This document shows, piece after piece, positions 10,298-19,875 of a stretch of 54,264 nt of DNA (positions are counted from its first letter, which is position 1; the number at the start of each line of letters is the position of its first letter). The notes beneath the pieces are model-generated. The model searched no databases, had not been told where the DNA came from, and was given only the letters and a program-made list of their open reading frames with translations. The stretch covers positions 1-54,264 of the forward strand of contig JBHOSR010000004.1 in assembly GCA_042584405.1 (NCBI GenBank), in the 5' to 3' direction. Source of the DNA: Bacteroidota bacterium (GTDB lineage Bacteria > Bacteroidota > Bacteroidia > Bacteroidales > UBA12077). Made by a program: the position numbers and the translations under genes.

Positions 10298-11662
10298 TTA
10301 TTTATAGTTGTTTATCAAATATTCTTTAAATTTTGAATAATCATTTTCTAAATTATCACAAAATTCTTCTTTATTCTCTAGACCTTTCAAACTAGGAGGT
10401 AATTCAGGATCAATTTTAAGAATCTCAATAATTTCATCAGGAAATTTTGCTGGATGAGCAGTTTCGAGTGAAACGCATAATTGATCTTGATCAACTTTAA
10501 ATTCATTACAATAATCCATTAAGCCTTTCCAACCAACAGAACCATGTGGTTCAAGCAGCAAGTTATTCTCTTCAAAAGCTTTTTTGATCATATCTTTAGT
10601 TTCATTATCAGAAACACTGCTTGAATAAATATCATTACGCATTTTAACCATATCAGGTGCTTGAGAAATCTCACCTTTTTCGTTCATAAAACCATCGTAC
10701 AAAGCAACTAAGCGTGCTAAATTACTTGGATGGCCTACATTCATTGCACTTGATAAACAGTTCTTAGAAGGCTCTATTTTATCATATTTTCCTGTTTTTA
10801 GGAATGTAGGAAATTCATCGTTTTCATTCACTGAAATTACAAATTTCTTGATAGGTAAACCCATATGTTTTGCTAATACACCACCCATCATATCACCAAA
10901 ATTTCCTGAAGGTACAGAGAAAATTACGTCATCATTAATTTCGCCTTTTCTCAATCTAGAAAAAGAATAAAAATAGTATACAATTTGAGGAACCAGCCGA
11001 CCAATATTTATAGAGTTAGCAGAAGACAAGTTTAAATAATCTAAATCAGAATCAGAAAATGCTTCTTTAACTAATGCTTGACAATCATCGAATTTACCTT
11101 TTAGTGAAATAATCTGAATGTTTTTACCTAAAGTAGTCATTTGTTTTCGCTGACGATCAGTAACTTCTCCATCAGGAAATAGTACCAATACCTTTATATT
11201 ATCGAGATCGTAAAAAGCATTTGCAATAGCACTTCCGGTATCACCAGAGGTTGCAGTAAGTATTAGAAGTTTTCTATTTTGCTTTGTAATATAGTAATTC
11301 ATAAGTCTTCCCATCATACGGGCAGCAAAATCTTTAAATGATGCTGTTGGGCCTTGATCAAGACGCATTACATATTTATTTTCAACTCCCCTTTCCAATG
11401 GTACATCATAATTATATGCATCTTTAACCAACGCCAATAGTTTATCATCTGCAATTTGTCCAACCAAAAATTTTCTGATTACTTCAAATGCAATTTCATA
11501 ATATTCTTTATCTGAAAAACTCTTTATTTCTTCCTTTGTAAAGCTTGGAATTTCCTTAGGCATATATAGTCCTTTGTCAGGAGCTAAACCTTTAAGTAAA
11601 GCTTCGCTAAAAGTTACTTCACTAGCTTTTAGATTAGTTGAATAATATTTTATCGGTTCCAT
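10298..11662 (-). CDS. thrC: Threonine synthase
   Basis: GLAPDKGLYMP, GPTASFKDF (PLP Lys), ATSGDTG, SANSINIGRL, VPSGNFG, ETAHPAKF. ATG 11662 preferred. Confidence 0.95.
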   Translation of the reverse strand: MEPIKYYSTNLKASEVTFSEALLKGLAPDKGLYMPKEIPSFTKEEIKSFSDKEYYEIAFEVIRKFLVGQIADDKLLALVKDAYNYDVPLERGVENKYVMRLDQGPTASFKDFAARMMGRLMNYYITKQNRKLLILTATSGDTGSAIANAFYDLDNIKVLVLFPDGEVTDRQRKQMTTLGKNIQIISLKGKFDDCQALVKEAFSDSDLDYLNLSSANSINIGRLVPQIVYYFYSFSRLRKGEINDDVIFSVPSGNFGDMMGGVLAKHMGLPIKKFVISVNENDEFPTFLKTGKYDKIEPSKNCLSSAMNVGHPSNLARLVALYDGFMNEKGEISQAPDMVKMRNDIYSSSVSDNETKDMIKKAFEENNLLLEPHGSVGWKGLMDYCNEFKVDQDQLCVSLETAHPAKFPDEIIEILKIDPELPPSLKGLENKEEFCDNLENDYSKFKEYLINNYK

Positions 11663-11691
11663 TGTTTGAAATTTAAATATCAAAAGAATAA

Positions 11692-11718
11692 AAAGATGCA
11701 GAAAAATTCTGCATCTTT
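11692..11718 (-). terminator. Intrinsic terminator after the metY-like gene
   Basis: AAAGATGCAGAA-AAA-TTCTGCATCTTT, followed on the minus strand by a T-rich tract. Confidence 0.7.
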
Positions 11719-11732
11719 AAGATGTCAATTTA

Positions 11733-13196
11733 TTATCTTAATCTTGCTGATGATGCACCCCCAGCCGAATATTCAGGTGATGTGCTAGTAACTTTTATAC
11801 CGTCTAATACAGCTAAAGCTTGTTCTAAATCTGTAATAATATCACTTGGATGTTCAGCTCCAACATTTAATCTGATTAGGTTTCCAGGGATATCGGCTAA
11901 TTTTCGCCCTTCTTCACCTTGTTGTTGATGAGTTGAAATGGCCGGTATTGTTGCAACAGACTTAATTCTACCTAAGTCAGTAGCTCTCCAAATTCTCTGC
12001 AGTCCATCAAAAACATCTCTTGTTGCTTGAGCTCCTCCTTTTACACGGAATGACATTAGATGACCATATCTGTTTACTTTTTCGTTGTATAATTCATCAT
12101 GCTCTGAGTCAACGAGAACCAAATATTTTTTAGCAAGTTCATGCAAAGGATGAGATTGCAATCCTAAATAATCTACTTTCTCTATATGTTTATGACTCTC
12201 AAGGTATTTTGCAACTTTCATTGTACTTCTACTCATTAAATCAATTTTAGAACGTAATGTCCTAATATCGTTTAACGTAAGAATTGCATTCATTGGTGAA
12301 ATGTTAGGACCGTTATCTCTATTAGGTAATGCTTTAATATACATCCCAAAATCTTCTTTCATGCCAGGATTGTCAATATTCGAGGTAAGATTTTTTCTCG
12401 CAATAACAGCTCCCGAAATTCCAAATCCACTGGTTGTTAATGTTTTGGTAACAGATTGAACAACTATATCAGCTCCATAAGCAATTGGCCTCATTAACGC
12501 TGGTGTAGCAACTGTAGAATCAATAATTAGAGGTATTCCATGTTTATGTGCCAGTTGAGCTACTTTTTCAAGATCGAAAAACGCTTGCCCTGGATTACTA
12601 GGCATTTCGCCATATAAAAAACGAGTATTTTCATCAATAAGTTCTTCCCACTCATCTAAATTGTTAGAATTGATCACTTTTCGCCATTCGATATTTCTTT
12701 CTTCATCTTTTCTAACAGCAAACTGCTGGAATGTTCCACCATAAACCTGGCAACTAGCTACAAAATTTATAGGTTTATCCGGATTTTTTTTATCGACAAC
12801 AAGAAAAGGTTCACATGCACTGTATATAGCTGACATCCCAGAAGATGTTGCACAACAACTTGCTTCTATATCTGTACCATATGTCTCTAAAAGTGCTAAA
12901 ACTCCTTCTAGGTAATACATACTGGGGTTACCAATTCGTGAATAACACCAGGTGGGGATTTGATAACTTAAAGCTGCTTCCATCTCATCAGAGTCGCGAT
13001 AAGTTTGCGAAGCAGACATATAAATTGGTTCAATTGTTGAACCCTGGTTAAAATCTAATGCTTCTTGCATTGAATAAACACCATGAACAGCAATGGTATC
13101 AAATTTGCATTTTTTCATTTGCTTTTTATACTCATTGTGCCAGTTCATTGCACGTTTTCCAGCTTCGATGTAGTGGTTTATACCCTTTGGACTCAT
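11733..13196 (-). CDS. PLP-dependent trans-sulfuration enzyme (O-acylhomoserine sulfhydrylase / cystathionine gamma-synthase family)
   Basis: YSRIGNP, SSGMSAI, YGGT, EMPSNP, IDSTVATP, GADIVVQSVTK, IRLNVGAE. Confidence 0.85.
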   Translation of the reverse strand: MSPKGINHYIEAGKRAMNWHNEYKKQMKKCKFDTIAVHGVYSMQEALDFNQGSTIEPIYMSASQTYRDSDEMEAALSYQIPTWCYSRIGNPSMYYLEGVLALLETYGTDIEASCCATSSGMSAIYSACEPFLVVDKKNPDKPINFVASCQVYGGTFQQFAVRKDEERNIEWRKVINSNNLDEWEELIDENTRFLYGEMPSNPGQAFFDLEKVAQLAHKHGIPLIIDSTVATPALMRPIAYGADIVVQSVTKTLTTSGFGISGAVIARKNLTSNIDNPGMKEDFGMYIKALPNRDNGPNISPMNAILTLNDIRTLRSKIDLMSRSTMKVAKYLESHKHIEKVDYLGLQSHPLHELAKKYLVLVDSEHDELYNEKVNRYGHLMSFRVKGGAQATRDVFDGLQRIWRATDLGRIKSVATIPAISTHQQQGEEGRKLADIPGNLIRLNVGAEHPSDIITDLEQALAVLDGIKVTSTSPEYSAGGASSARLR

Positions 13197-13508
13197 TTTA
13201 TTGTAGTTTTAGTTAATATTTTTGATTTATTAATTTTCAAATTTTAGACGCTAAACATATTAATAATCTTTTCAAATATCAAGTTTAGAATATTGATCAA
13301 TATCTAATGATATGTTTTGCTTATAATTTGTAATTTCGTTTATTCAAATTTAAACAAGATTTAAGCAATTTATAAAATCTATATTGATTTATTTGGAAAG
13401 TTACAATAAATTTATTACGTAAAAGATTTAAATTTACAATAAGCTTTGTGAACATATAATGTGTACAATTGTTTTAAGATAAGGTGTTAAATATTAAAAC
13501 AATAGATT

Positions 13509-14459
13509 ATGAGAGCAATATTTTTAAAAAACATGAGATTAGTATTTTTAAGCTTAGCAGTAATACTAGTTTTTGAGCGGTGTGATGAAGATGATTTTGT
13601 AAAAAAACCTAAAAATCCCGATGAAGCAACTATTGTAAGTGTAGATAGATTTAGTGATGATGCAGCTACTTTAATGAAAAGAAGTGAAAATTCTGCATTG
13701 CCAGCAGCCAATGATCCAATAAATTTTGATCAGGGAGACTTCATTACTCAAAGTTTTGGTCCGGATGGACAGGTTGTAAAATATTATAACTTCGATGTAC
13801 AACCTCTGACTCCTGCTCCACTTTATGTTTTATTTAATGAAGGTAGTACTGAACCAGTTGAAGGACAGTTAAATATTATTGATGTTATTCCGGGCGATAT
13901 TGGTTATAGTGATTTCTGGGTAATATATAAAGTTACCGTTCCTAGTAGTTATGTGGCAAATACTGTAACTAGTTTTCAGGATATAATTTCAGAGGGGTAT
14001 AGTATTCAAACTACAACAACTTTGGTAAATTGCCCTCTAGCACCGCAAGGCAGTATAGCTAGTTTAAGACTAGGATTAGAAAGTAACGGTTTAGACCGTG
14101 GATGGTACAAAGATGAAATAGTTTATTATTTTACTTTCATGGAAAAAGAATTAGAAGCTAACCCTGCTGGATTAGTTCCTATTTCTCCAATTTATGTAAC
14201 ATTTAATATTAATCCTGATGATATGAATCCGAATAGCGGTCCACCTTCAGGTTTTGTTACTGAAACTGGATCAGTACAAACTCACAATGTTATTGCTACC
14301 ATTCCAACGGACAATGATTATTCACCATTATGGTCGGTATATGTATACGATAATGCAGATTTTGACAATGTTTCGGATCTTGCAACAGCAGAGGCTTCAA
14401 ATATTTTACCAGAAGAAGTAATGTATGTAAACTGTCCGGTTGTTTATATTGAGGATTAA
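13509..14459 (+). CDS. Exported or lipoprotein hypothetical with two internal repeats ending in VNCP
   Basis: Signal peptide ending FERC-DEDD. Repeat 1 NIIDVIPGDIGYSDFW...LVNCPL; repeat 2 NVIATIPTDNDYSPLW...YVNCPV. Confidence 0.75.
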   Translation: MRAIFLKNMRLVFLSLAVILVFERCDEDDFVKKPKNPDEATIVSVDRFSDDAATLMKRSENSALPAANDPINFDQGDFITQSFGPDGQVVKYYNFDVQPLTPAPLYVLFNEGSTEPVEGQLNIIDVIPGDIGYSDFWVIYKVTVPSSYVANTVTSFQDIISEGYSIQTTTTLVNCPLAPQGSIASLRLGLESNGLDRGWYKDEIVYYFTFMEKELEANPAGLVPISPIYVTFNINPDDMNPNSGPPSGFVTETGSVQTHNVIATIPTDNDYSPLWSVYVYDNADFDNVSDLATAEASNILPEEVMYVNCPVVYIED

Positions 14460-14491
14460 TTACAGTTATCAAACAGCTTTTAATATTGAGA

Positions 14492-14519
14492 AAACGTCTC
14501 TTAAATATAAGAGACGTTT
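14492..14519. terminator. Intrinsic terminator
   Basis: AAACGTCTCTTA-AATA-TAAGAGACGTTT between convergent genes. Confidence 0.75.
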
Positions 14520-14616
14520 ATGTTATTTTTTATAATATATTAACTTAATTAAATCTAATTTCAATTCATTCATATTATTGAAATCAACATTCTCTTATTA
14601 ATAAAAAAACAACTAC

Positions 14617-16347
14617 TTACCAATTAGCCATTGAAAGTTGGAATGCAACCATCTCCTGAGTATTCCGAACCAATAATATATCATCAACCAAAACGTGATG
14701 GTTCCATGTTTTACCTTTGATAGCGGGTATCTTTGCAAATTCTTTGAATTGATCAGGAACAGCCTCTACTAATATTAACTCACCCTTTTCAGTTAAAACT
14801 AGCAGCAAGTTTTGATCAGCTAAAAGGAGAATTTGTCCCCCATAGCGACCTGATTTCCATTTACGACTACCATCTTTTAAATCTAAACAAGCCAAACTGA
14901 GTCCTTCAAAACCATAAATATATCCCTTGTGTACTACAAGATCGTTAAAATCGGGTCTTATTTTTGTAGTCATCCAATGTTCTTTAATGTTCCATTCTTC
15001 GTTAACTTTAGAAACGGTTATTCGGTGAATGCCTTTTTTATATCCTTCACTAATCAATAAATCTCCATTTTCGGTCATGGCTGGTTGTATTATGGCGCCA
15101 CCTTCCCATGGATGCTCCCATAATATCTTACCGTTAGCAGGCGCAAAACTTGTTGCAGCAAACTGGCTCATCATCAAAACTTGTTTTATTCCATCAATGG
15201 TTACAAGATGTGGAGAACTGTAGTTTTCTCCACCTCTCGGTCCAGTCCAAAGATGTTCACCTGTTGCTATATCATATGCAACGATAGTCCCTGATATGGC
15301 AACTATAACAACACTATCAACCACTAAAGGTGAGCTAGCATATCCCCATCCGGGAATTGTATCATTAATGTTTGTTGCAGCATTTCTAGACCATACAACA
15401 CTTCCATCATCAATCTTTAGTACGTTTAAAATACCTGTTGCACCTAATGTATATAAAAGACTATCTTGTATTGTAGGTGTAGATCGAGGTCCTGCACCAG
15501 CATGTGAATCCCAGAACCGTGCTTTATCATTATGTTTCCAGATAAGTTCACCGTTTTTTAAATTGTAACAAGAAACAATTTCGTCTTCACCACGCTGCTC
15601 CTGAGTATAAAAAATGGGACCTTTTACAGCAAAAGAAGAACATCCAGGACCAATTGCTTTTCGCCACAATTCAACAGGAGGATGCGTTTTCCAATCTGTT
15701 TCAATTCTTACTCCATGCACAATCCCGTCGCGATTAGGTCCACGAAATCCGGGCCATTTGGTTTCTGTATTTATTTCAGTCGAATCCAAAAAGTGCGTTA
15801 TTAAATCGTCAGTTCTAATCATCAACTTTTCTTCATGTGTCTTAGTCCATCTCCACTTTAAATCAGGATGAAAATCTCCGGTAATGCCATCACTTCGAAG
15901 CAGAATCCATGATCCACTTGCAATAAAGATGGTTACAAACATCCACAAACGTCGTAGACTGATTGATAGATTTTGGCTAGCAATAGCCCAAATAACAAAA
16001 GCGAGGCAAAGTATTGGAACAGAAACTATGGGAAACATCATACCCTGTCCTCCGGTTGCGATAGACTCATGGATTAACTGAGATGTAATGAACAGTGCAA
16101 TTACCATCAGAAGAATTGCACTCAAACGATCGAATAGAAGAGCTCTGCTGAAGAACGCCCACCATACAAGGATAAACAATCCTCCAACAAGTCCTCCAAA
16201 TATTCCAATCATAACAGAAGTGTCTCCAGGTATAACAATAGGGATGACAAATCTAATTAGCCATTGTAATATTAATGCCGTAACGCCGGGCCACAAACGG
16301 AGCGACTTCTGGTTATAAGGTTTAGTTGCTTTTTTGTCAGAATTCAT
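14617..16347 (-). CDS. Membrane-anchored PQQ-binding-like beta-propeller protein
   Basis: About five N-terminal TM helices, WPGFRGPNRDG, repeated GxxxW docking motifs, ASSPLV, KTWNH. Confidence 0.85.
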   Translation of the reverse strand: MNSDKKATKPYNQKSLRLWPGVTALILQWLIRFVIPIVIPGDTSVMIGIFGGLVGGLFILVWWAFFSRALLFDRLSAILLMVIALFITSQLIHESIATGGQGMMFPIVSVPILCLAFVIWAIASQNLSISLRRLWMFVTIFIASGSWILLRSDGITGDFHPDLKWRWTKTHEEKLMIRTDDLITHFLDSTEINTETKWPGFRGPNRDGIVHGVRIETDWKTHPPVELWRKAIGPGCSSFAVKGPIFYTQEQRGEDEIVSCYNLKNGELIWKHNDKARFWDSHAGAGPRSTPTIQDSLLYTLGATGILNVLKIDDGSVVWSRNAATNINDTIPGWGYASSPLVVDSVVIVAISGTIVAYDIATGEHLWTGPRGGENYSSPHLVTIDGIKQVLMMSQFAATSFAPANGKILWEHPWEGGAIIQPAMTENGDLLISEGYKKGIHRITVSKVNEEWNIKEHWMTTKIRPDFNDLVVHKGYIYGFEGLSLACLDLKDGSRKWKSGRYGGQILLLADQNLLLVLTEKGELILVEAVPDQFKEFAKIPAIKGKTWNHHVLVDDILLVRNTQEMVAFQLSMANW

Positions 16348-16407
16348 TTTCTTTGGTTTTATGGTTTTGGAATATTATCAATTAGCAAGTTACAAAATAT
16401 ATTAATT

Positions 16408-17244
16408 CTAATTATTCGCAAGTACATTAATAAGTTTATCGCAACCACCATTTTTAATAAATTCTGTATGTTCATTTATTGAATTAAAACTTTTCCCACA
16501 TATTTCATGACACTCCATTTTATAATCGGTGACTTCATAGAATCTATTAATTATTTTTTCAGAATCCGGATCAGACATGGTAGTTTTCCATTCACCTTTT
16601 CTAATTAATTTGAGAATGGTTTTCCAAATTGTGGCACCAAGAGCTCCGCATCCACTACCGCCTAAACCAAGGCCTCCTGCAAATCCTGCAACCATAATTA
16701 TTTCTTCTTCGCTCCCTCCCATTTTTTTAAGAACTTCAGAAGCACAACTAATTGCTTTTTGGTCCGTTTCAAACTGTTCAATCGCTAATCCTTCATAAGC
16801 TGCTTTGATTGCTTCAGGAGCCCACTGTTCTGCTAATTTATAACAAGACCAGAATTTACCTGTTAACATATATTTTGCAAAACTCTTTTTGTTTTTAAAA
16901 TCAGTTTTAGTAAAATCTTCACAGTCTATACACTTTGTTCTATTTTCAAAAGAATTCATAATATTCTGAGTTGCCCTTATAGCAACAGCTATTGCTATAC
17001 CTTGATCTTTATGCCTGCGATATGATTCTGCACCAACGGCCATTGATGCTCCCCAAAGCATTCCACATTGATATCCTTGTTGTACTATACCGCCAGCTAA
17101 GGGATCTAAAGCTCGCTCTTCCATTTCTTTTGGATGGCCAAATTCGCGATTTAAAATATAAAAGAAGGTATTTGAGCAAGTACCCTTTTTTAGAAATACT
17201 CTTTTAGCTCTAAGTTTTGTTTTTTTGGTTTTAAATATATTCAT
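16408..17244 (-). CDS. Tandem C-GCAxxG-C-C family putative redox protein
   Basis: Two repeats: TCS...LAGG...QCGMLWGA...DC...SC and SCA...FAGG...GCGALGA...EC...GC. Confidence 0.8.
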   Translation of the reverse strand: MNIFKTKKTKLRAKRVFLKKGTCSNTFFYILNREFGHPKEMEERALDPLAGGIVQQGYQCGMLWGASMAVGAESYRRHKDQGIAIAVAIRATQNIMNSFENRTKCIDCEDFTKTDFKNKKSFAKYMLTGKFWSCYKLAEQWAPEAIKAAYEGLAIEQFETDQKAISCASEVLKKMGGSEEEIIMVAGFAGGLGLGGSGCGALGATIWKTILKLIRKGEWKTTMSDPDSEKIINRFYEVTDYKMECHEICGKSFNSINEHTEFIKNGGCDKLINVLANN

Positions 17245-17285
17245 GGTTATTCTAAATTGCTTTGATTTATGATTAATAATGTTTT

Positions 17286-17906
17286 CTACAACTTCTTAAC
17301 TACTATAAAGCCATTTGGTGTGGGATGACTGGATTTTTGAGTTTCGATAATTTTAAAATTCTCGGAAATCACTAATTTTTCAAATTCATTTGTTTTTAGC
17401 AATTTCAAATGAGGAACAATTCCCACTTTGCTAATAAGGAAAAAGATAAAACGAAACAATGACTTCTCACCTAAAAATGCTGACGAAGAAATAAATAATC
17501 CTCCCGGTTTAAGTAAGTCGTTTATTCTATGAATTTCTATTTTAGGGTCTTCTAATAAATGCATGATATTAAAAGCCGTGATAACATCAAATGATTCATT
17601 TTTAAATTGCTCATCAAATATGCTTGCATGAATAAATTTAATATTTTTAGTATTATGTTCATTCATTCTTTTATGGGCAACATTAATCATCCCTGAGGAA
17701 ATATCTATGGCTTGAATTTCTTCTACATAATCAACCATATTTAATGATGAAGTACCTATTCCACATGCGAAATCTAAAACTTTATCAGTATTGCTGAGAT
17801 ATTTTTTTGTTTTTTCAATGATCTTGATGAATGACTCTTCATCTTTATTGGTTAGCTTTTCAAATCTGATTGATTGTTTATCCCAAAATATTTCTGTTCT
17901 ATTCAT
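17286..17906 (-). CDS. Class I SAM-dependent methyltransferase
   Basis: VLDFACGIG, AIDIS, FDVITAFNIMH, LKPGG. Confidence 0.9.
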   Translation of the reverse strand: MNRTEIFWDKQSIRFEKLTNKDEESFIKIIEKTKKYLSNTDKVLDFACGIGTSSLNMVDYVEEIQAIDISSGMINVAHKRMNEHNTKNIKFIHASIFDEQFKNESFDVITAFNIMHLLEDPKIEIHRINDLLKPGGLFISSSAFLGEKSLFRFIFFLISKVGIVPHLKLLKTNEFEKLVISENFKIIETQKSSHPTPNGFIVVKKL

Positions 17907-17941
17907 TTTCTTCTAATGATGTTTTAAGATATTTAAGATTT

Positions 17942-18172
17942 CTATTTAACAGAGCCTTCTTTGAGTTTAAATGAGAATACTTCATCTAATGGTGATTCAA
18001 AGACAAGTGCAATACGAAAGGCCAATTCAAGCGTTGGTGAATATTTCCCGTTTTCAATGGCTACGATTGTTTGCCTTGTTACTCCAACTTTATCAGCTAA
18101 TTGCTGTTGGGTCATTTCATCATTATTGAAACGAAACTTCCTTATATTATTATCAATGTTACATTTACCCAT
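17942..18172 (-). CDS. XRE/Cro-family HTH transcriptional regulator
   Basis: NNIRKFR...MTQQQLADKVGVTRQTIVAIENGKYSPTLELAFRIA. ATG 18172 follows the upstream stop directly. Confidence 0.92.
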   Translation of the reverse strand: MGKCNIDNNIRKFRFNNDEMTQQQLADKVGVTRQTIVAIENGKYSPTLELAFRIALVFESPLDEVFSFKLKEGSVK

Positions 18173-18173
18173 T

Positions 18174-18632
18174 TTAAACTCCTCTTTTATAAAAGTAAAT
18201 TTGGGCAAATGCTTCAGCTATTGTAGATATAAAACAGGAAGAGATGAGTAAAATAAACATTACCCATATTTCCATTCCAATTAGTATTGAACCCATTGCC
18301 AATAGAAAGATGATAGAATTTACCCATCGTGAAATTTTTAATGCTTTTAGTTCAATTAATTTATCCATTTCGTCTGAAATGGTTGGGATATCTTCATTGG
18401 TAACAATTTTATTAATGATAGCGAAAATAATATGAATAACAATTTGTGTTACAATCATTACAGGAATAAAGATAAAAAAGGTTTTGCCCCAGAATTTAAG
18501 GTCGTTTAAGATTTCAGGATTTCCTGCTACATGTTTATTATAAACATATAGGGCATAGAATCCAAAAATTAGTATAGTACTGATTAAACTTACCAGTATT
18601 CTTGTTTCTTTACGGTACATTTTTCCTTCCAT
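18174..18632 (-). CDS. Four-TM membrane protein (DUF2178-like)
   Basis: Four hydrophobic segments with a central DEMDKLIELKA; usual partner of XRE regulators. Confidence 0.7.
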   Translation of the reverse strand: MEGKMYRKETRILVSLISTILIFGFYALYVYNKHVAGNPEILNDLKFWGKTFFIFIPVMIVTQIVIHIIFAIINKIVTNEDIPTISDEMDKLIELKALKISRWVNSIIFLLAMGSILIGMEIWVMFILLISSCFISTIAEAFAQIYFYKRGV

Positions 18633-18634
18633 AT

Positions 18635-18713
18635 GTCAAAATATTTATACGTGATGTAAAAGTTTATCGATACAAAGTTAAAATTTATATACATAAAGTC
18701 AAAAAATATAGAC
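18635..18713 (-). promoter_or_regulatory. Bacteroidota sigma70 promoter overlaid by four operator boxes at 21-bp period
   Basis: Minus strand TTTG (18703-18700), 19 nt, TAACTTTG (18680-18673). GTNAAA-starting 16-mers at 18635, 18656, 18677 and 18698. Confidence 0.75.
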
Positions 18714-18856
18714 ATTAAATTAAAATATCTTCCTCCTTGCACTGGAAGATGTTGAAATAAAAACAAATAGTCAGTAGATTAGACGAAGCAAGAAAATTTT
18801 ACTATTTAACAACTAAAATTTAAGGAATTAATCAAAAAAGATATAAAAGAGGTATT

Positions 18857-19834
18857 TTACTTATTATATTCACTTCTATAATCAGAGGGTAACCAATCTG
18901 AGATTCGTCTTTCACCCATTGCACCAGTCCACCATATACCTTCAAGACTAAAATTACCTTTTTTATCAAAATAGATAAGTTTTGATATAATTAATTTAGA
19001 TTCAATTTCATGGTAGTAAACTCTTAAGCTACCCTTGTATTTTATGAATTTATTATGGTTTTCATCTTCAATAATAATGTCTTTATATCTAACTCTTTTG
19101 TTTTTAGAATCTACGATTCTGAAATTATTTTCAAATAATTCATTAACCCAAAGAGATCTTAAAAAATGCATTCTTGAACCTCTATAAACATATTCGCGAT
19201 TTTTTTGAACAAGTTCCTGATCGGCTAAAGAATCTTCCTCGAATATGAAATTGCCAGAGAAAAATACATATTTGCTATCTTTATAATATTCAAATACATC
19301 TAAATAGTAAGTAATGTTATATCCCAAAGCTTTGTTCTCTATTATTAAAGGTTTCTTAGTATAAGCTTTTAGAGTGTCTTCGTCTTCGAAGTAATTGAAT
19401 GTAATGTCTTCTTCATTCAAAATCTTGCAATCCCATGAGTTATCTGTTGTACCAAGAAATTCTTCTCGAAATAGTCTTAAATTTGCTCTCCGTTTTCGTA
19501 CTAAAGATTTAGAACTAACTATTGCTTCATTAATATTGTAAATCTTAGGTATTAGTTTTATTGTAAGTTGCTCTCCATCTGAAAAATCTTCAATTGTATT
19601 GGAATAATAACCAATAGCACTTATAGTTATTGGCCGTGAAGCATGTTTTGAAATATCCAATTCAAATTTTCCATTTTGATCCGAACTTGTCCCACAAGAA
19701 GTTCCACTGAAATAAATTGTGGTAGACGGTATTTCTTTCTTGGTTTTCTTATCTATAACCAAACCAGTAATGGTTTGATTAAAAGCTATAAAATGAAAGC
19801 TTAAAAATGAAAGCAATATCATATATTTTGTCAT
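18857..19834 (-). CDS. Carboxypeptidase-regulatory-like domain protein
   Basis: Signal peptide, ITGLVIDKKTK...GTSSDQNGKF...SAIGY, FLG, ENKALGY, YRGSRMHF. Confidence 0.8.
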   Translation of the reverse strand: MTKYMILLSFLSFHFIAFNQTITGLVIDKKTKKEIPSTTIYFSGTSCGTSSDQNGKFELDISKHASRPITISAIGYYSNTIEDFSDGEQLTIKLIPKIYNINEAIVSSKSLVRKRRANLRLFREEFLGTTDNSWDCKILNEEDITFNYFEDEDTLKAYTKKPLIIENKALGYNITYYLDVFEYYKDSKYVFFSGNFIFEEDSLADQELVQKNREYVYRGSRMHFLRSLWVNELFENNFRIVDSKNKRVRYKDIIIEDENHNKFIKYKGSLRVYYHEIESKLIISKLIYFDKKGNFSLEGIWWTGAMGERRISDWLPSDYRSEYNK

Positions 19835-19875
19835 ATAGCTAAATTTAAAGGATTCTGTACGTTTAATTCAAAAGA

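Noticed and set aside
13197-13440. SAM riboswitch or attenuator upstream of the sulfhydrylase
   Set aside because: No conserved riboswitch core or leader peptide seen.
16408-17244. Selenocysteine recoding in the Cys-rich or redox genes
   Set aside because: No in-frame TGA at Cys positions; the ORFs are complete.
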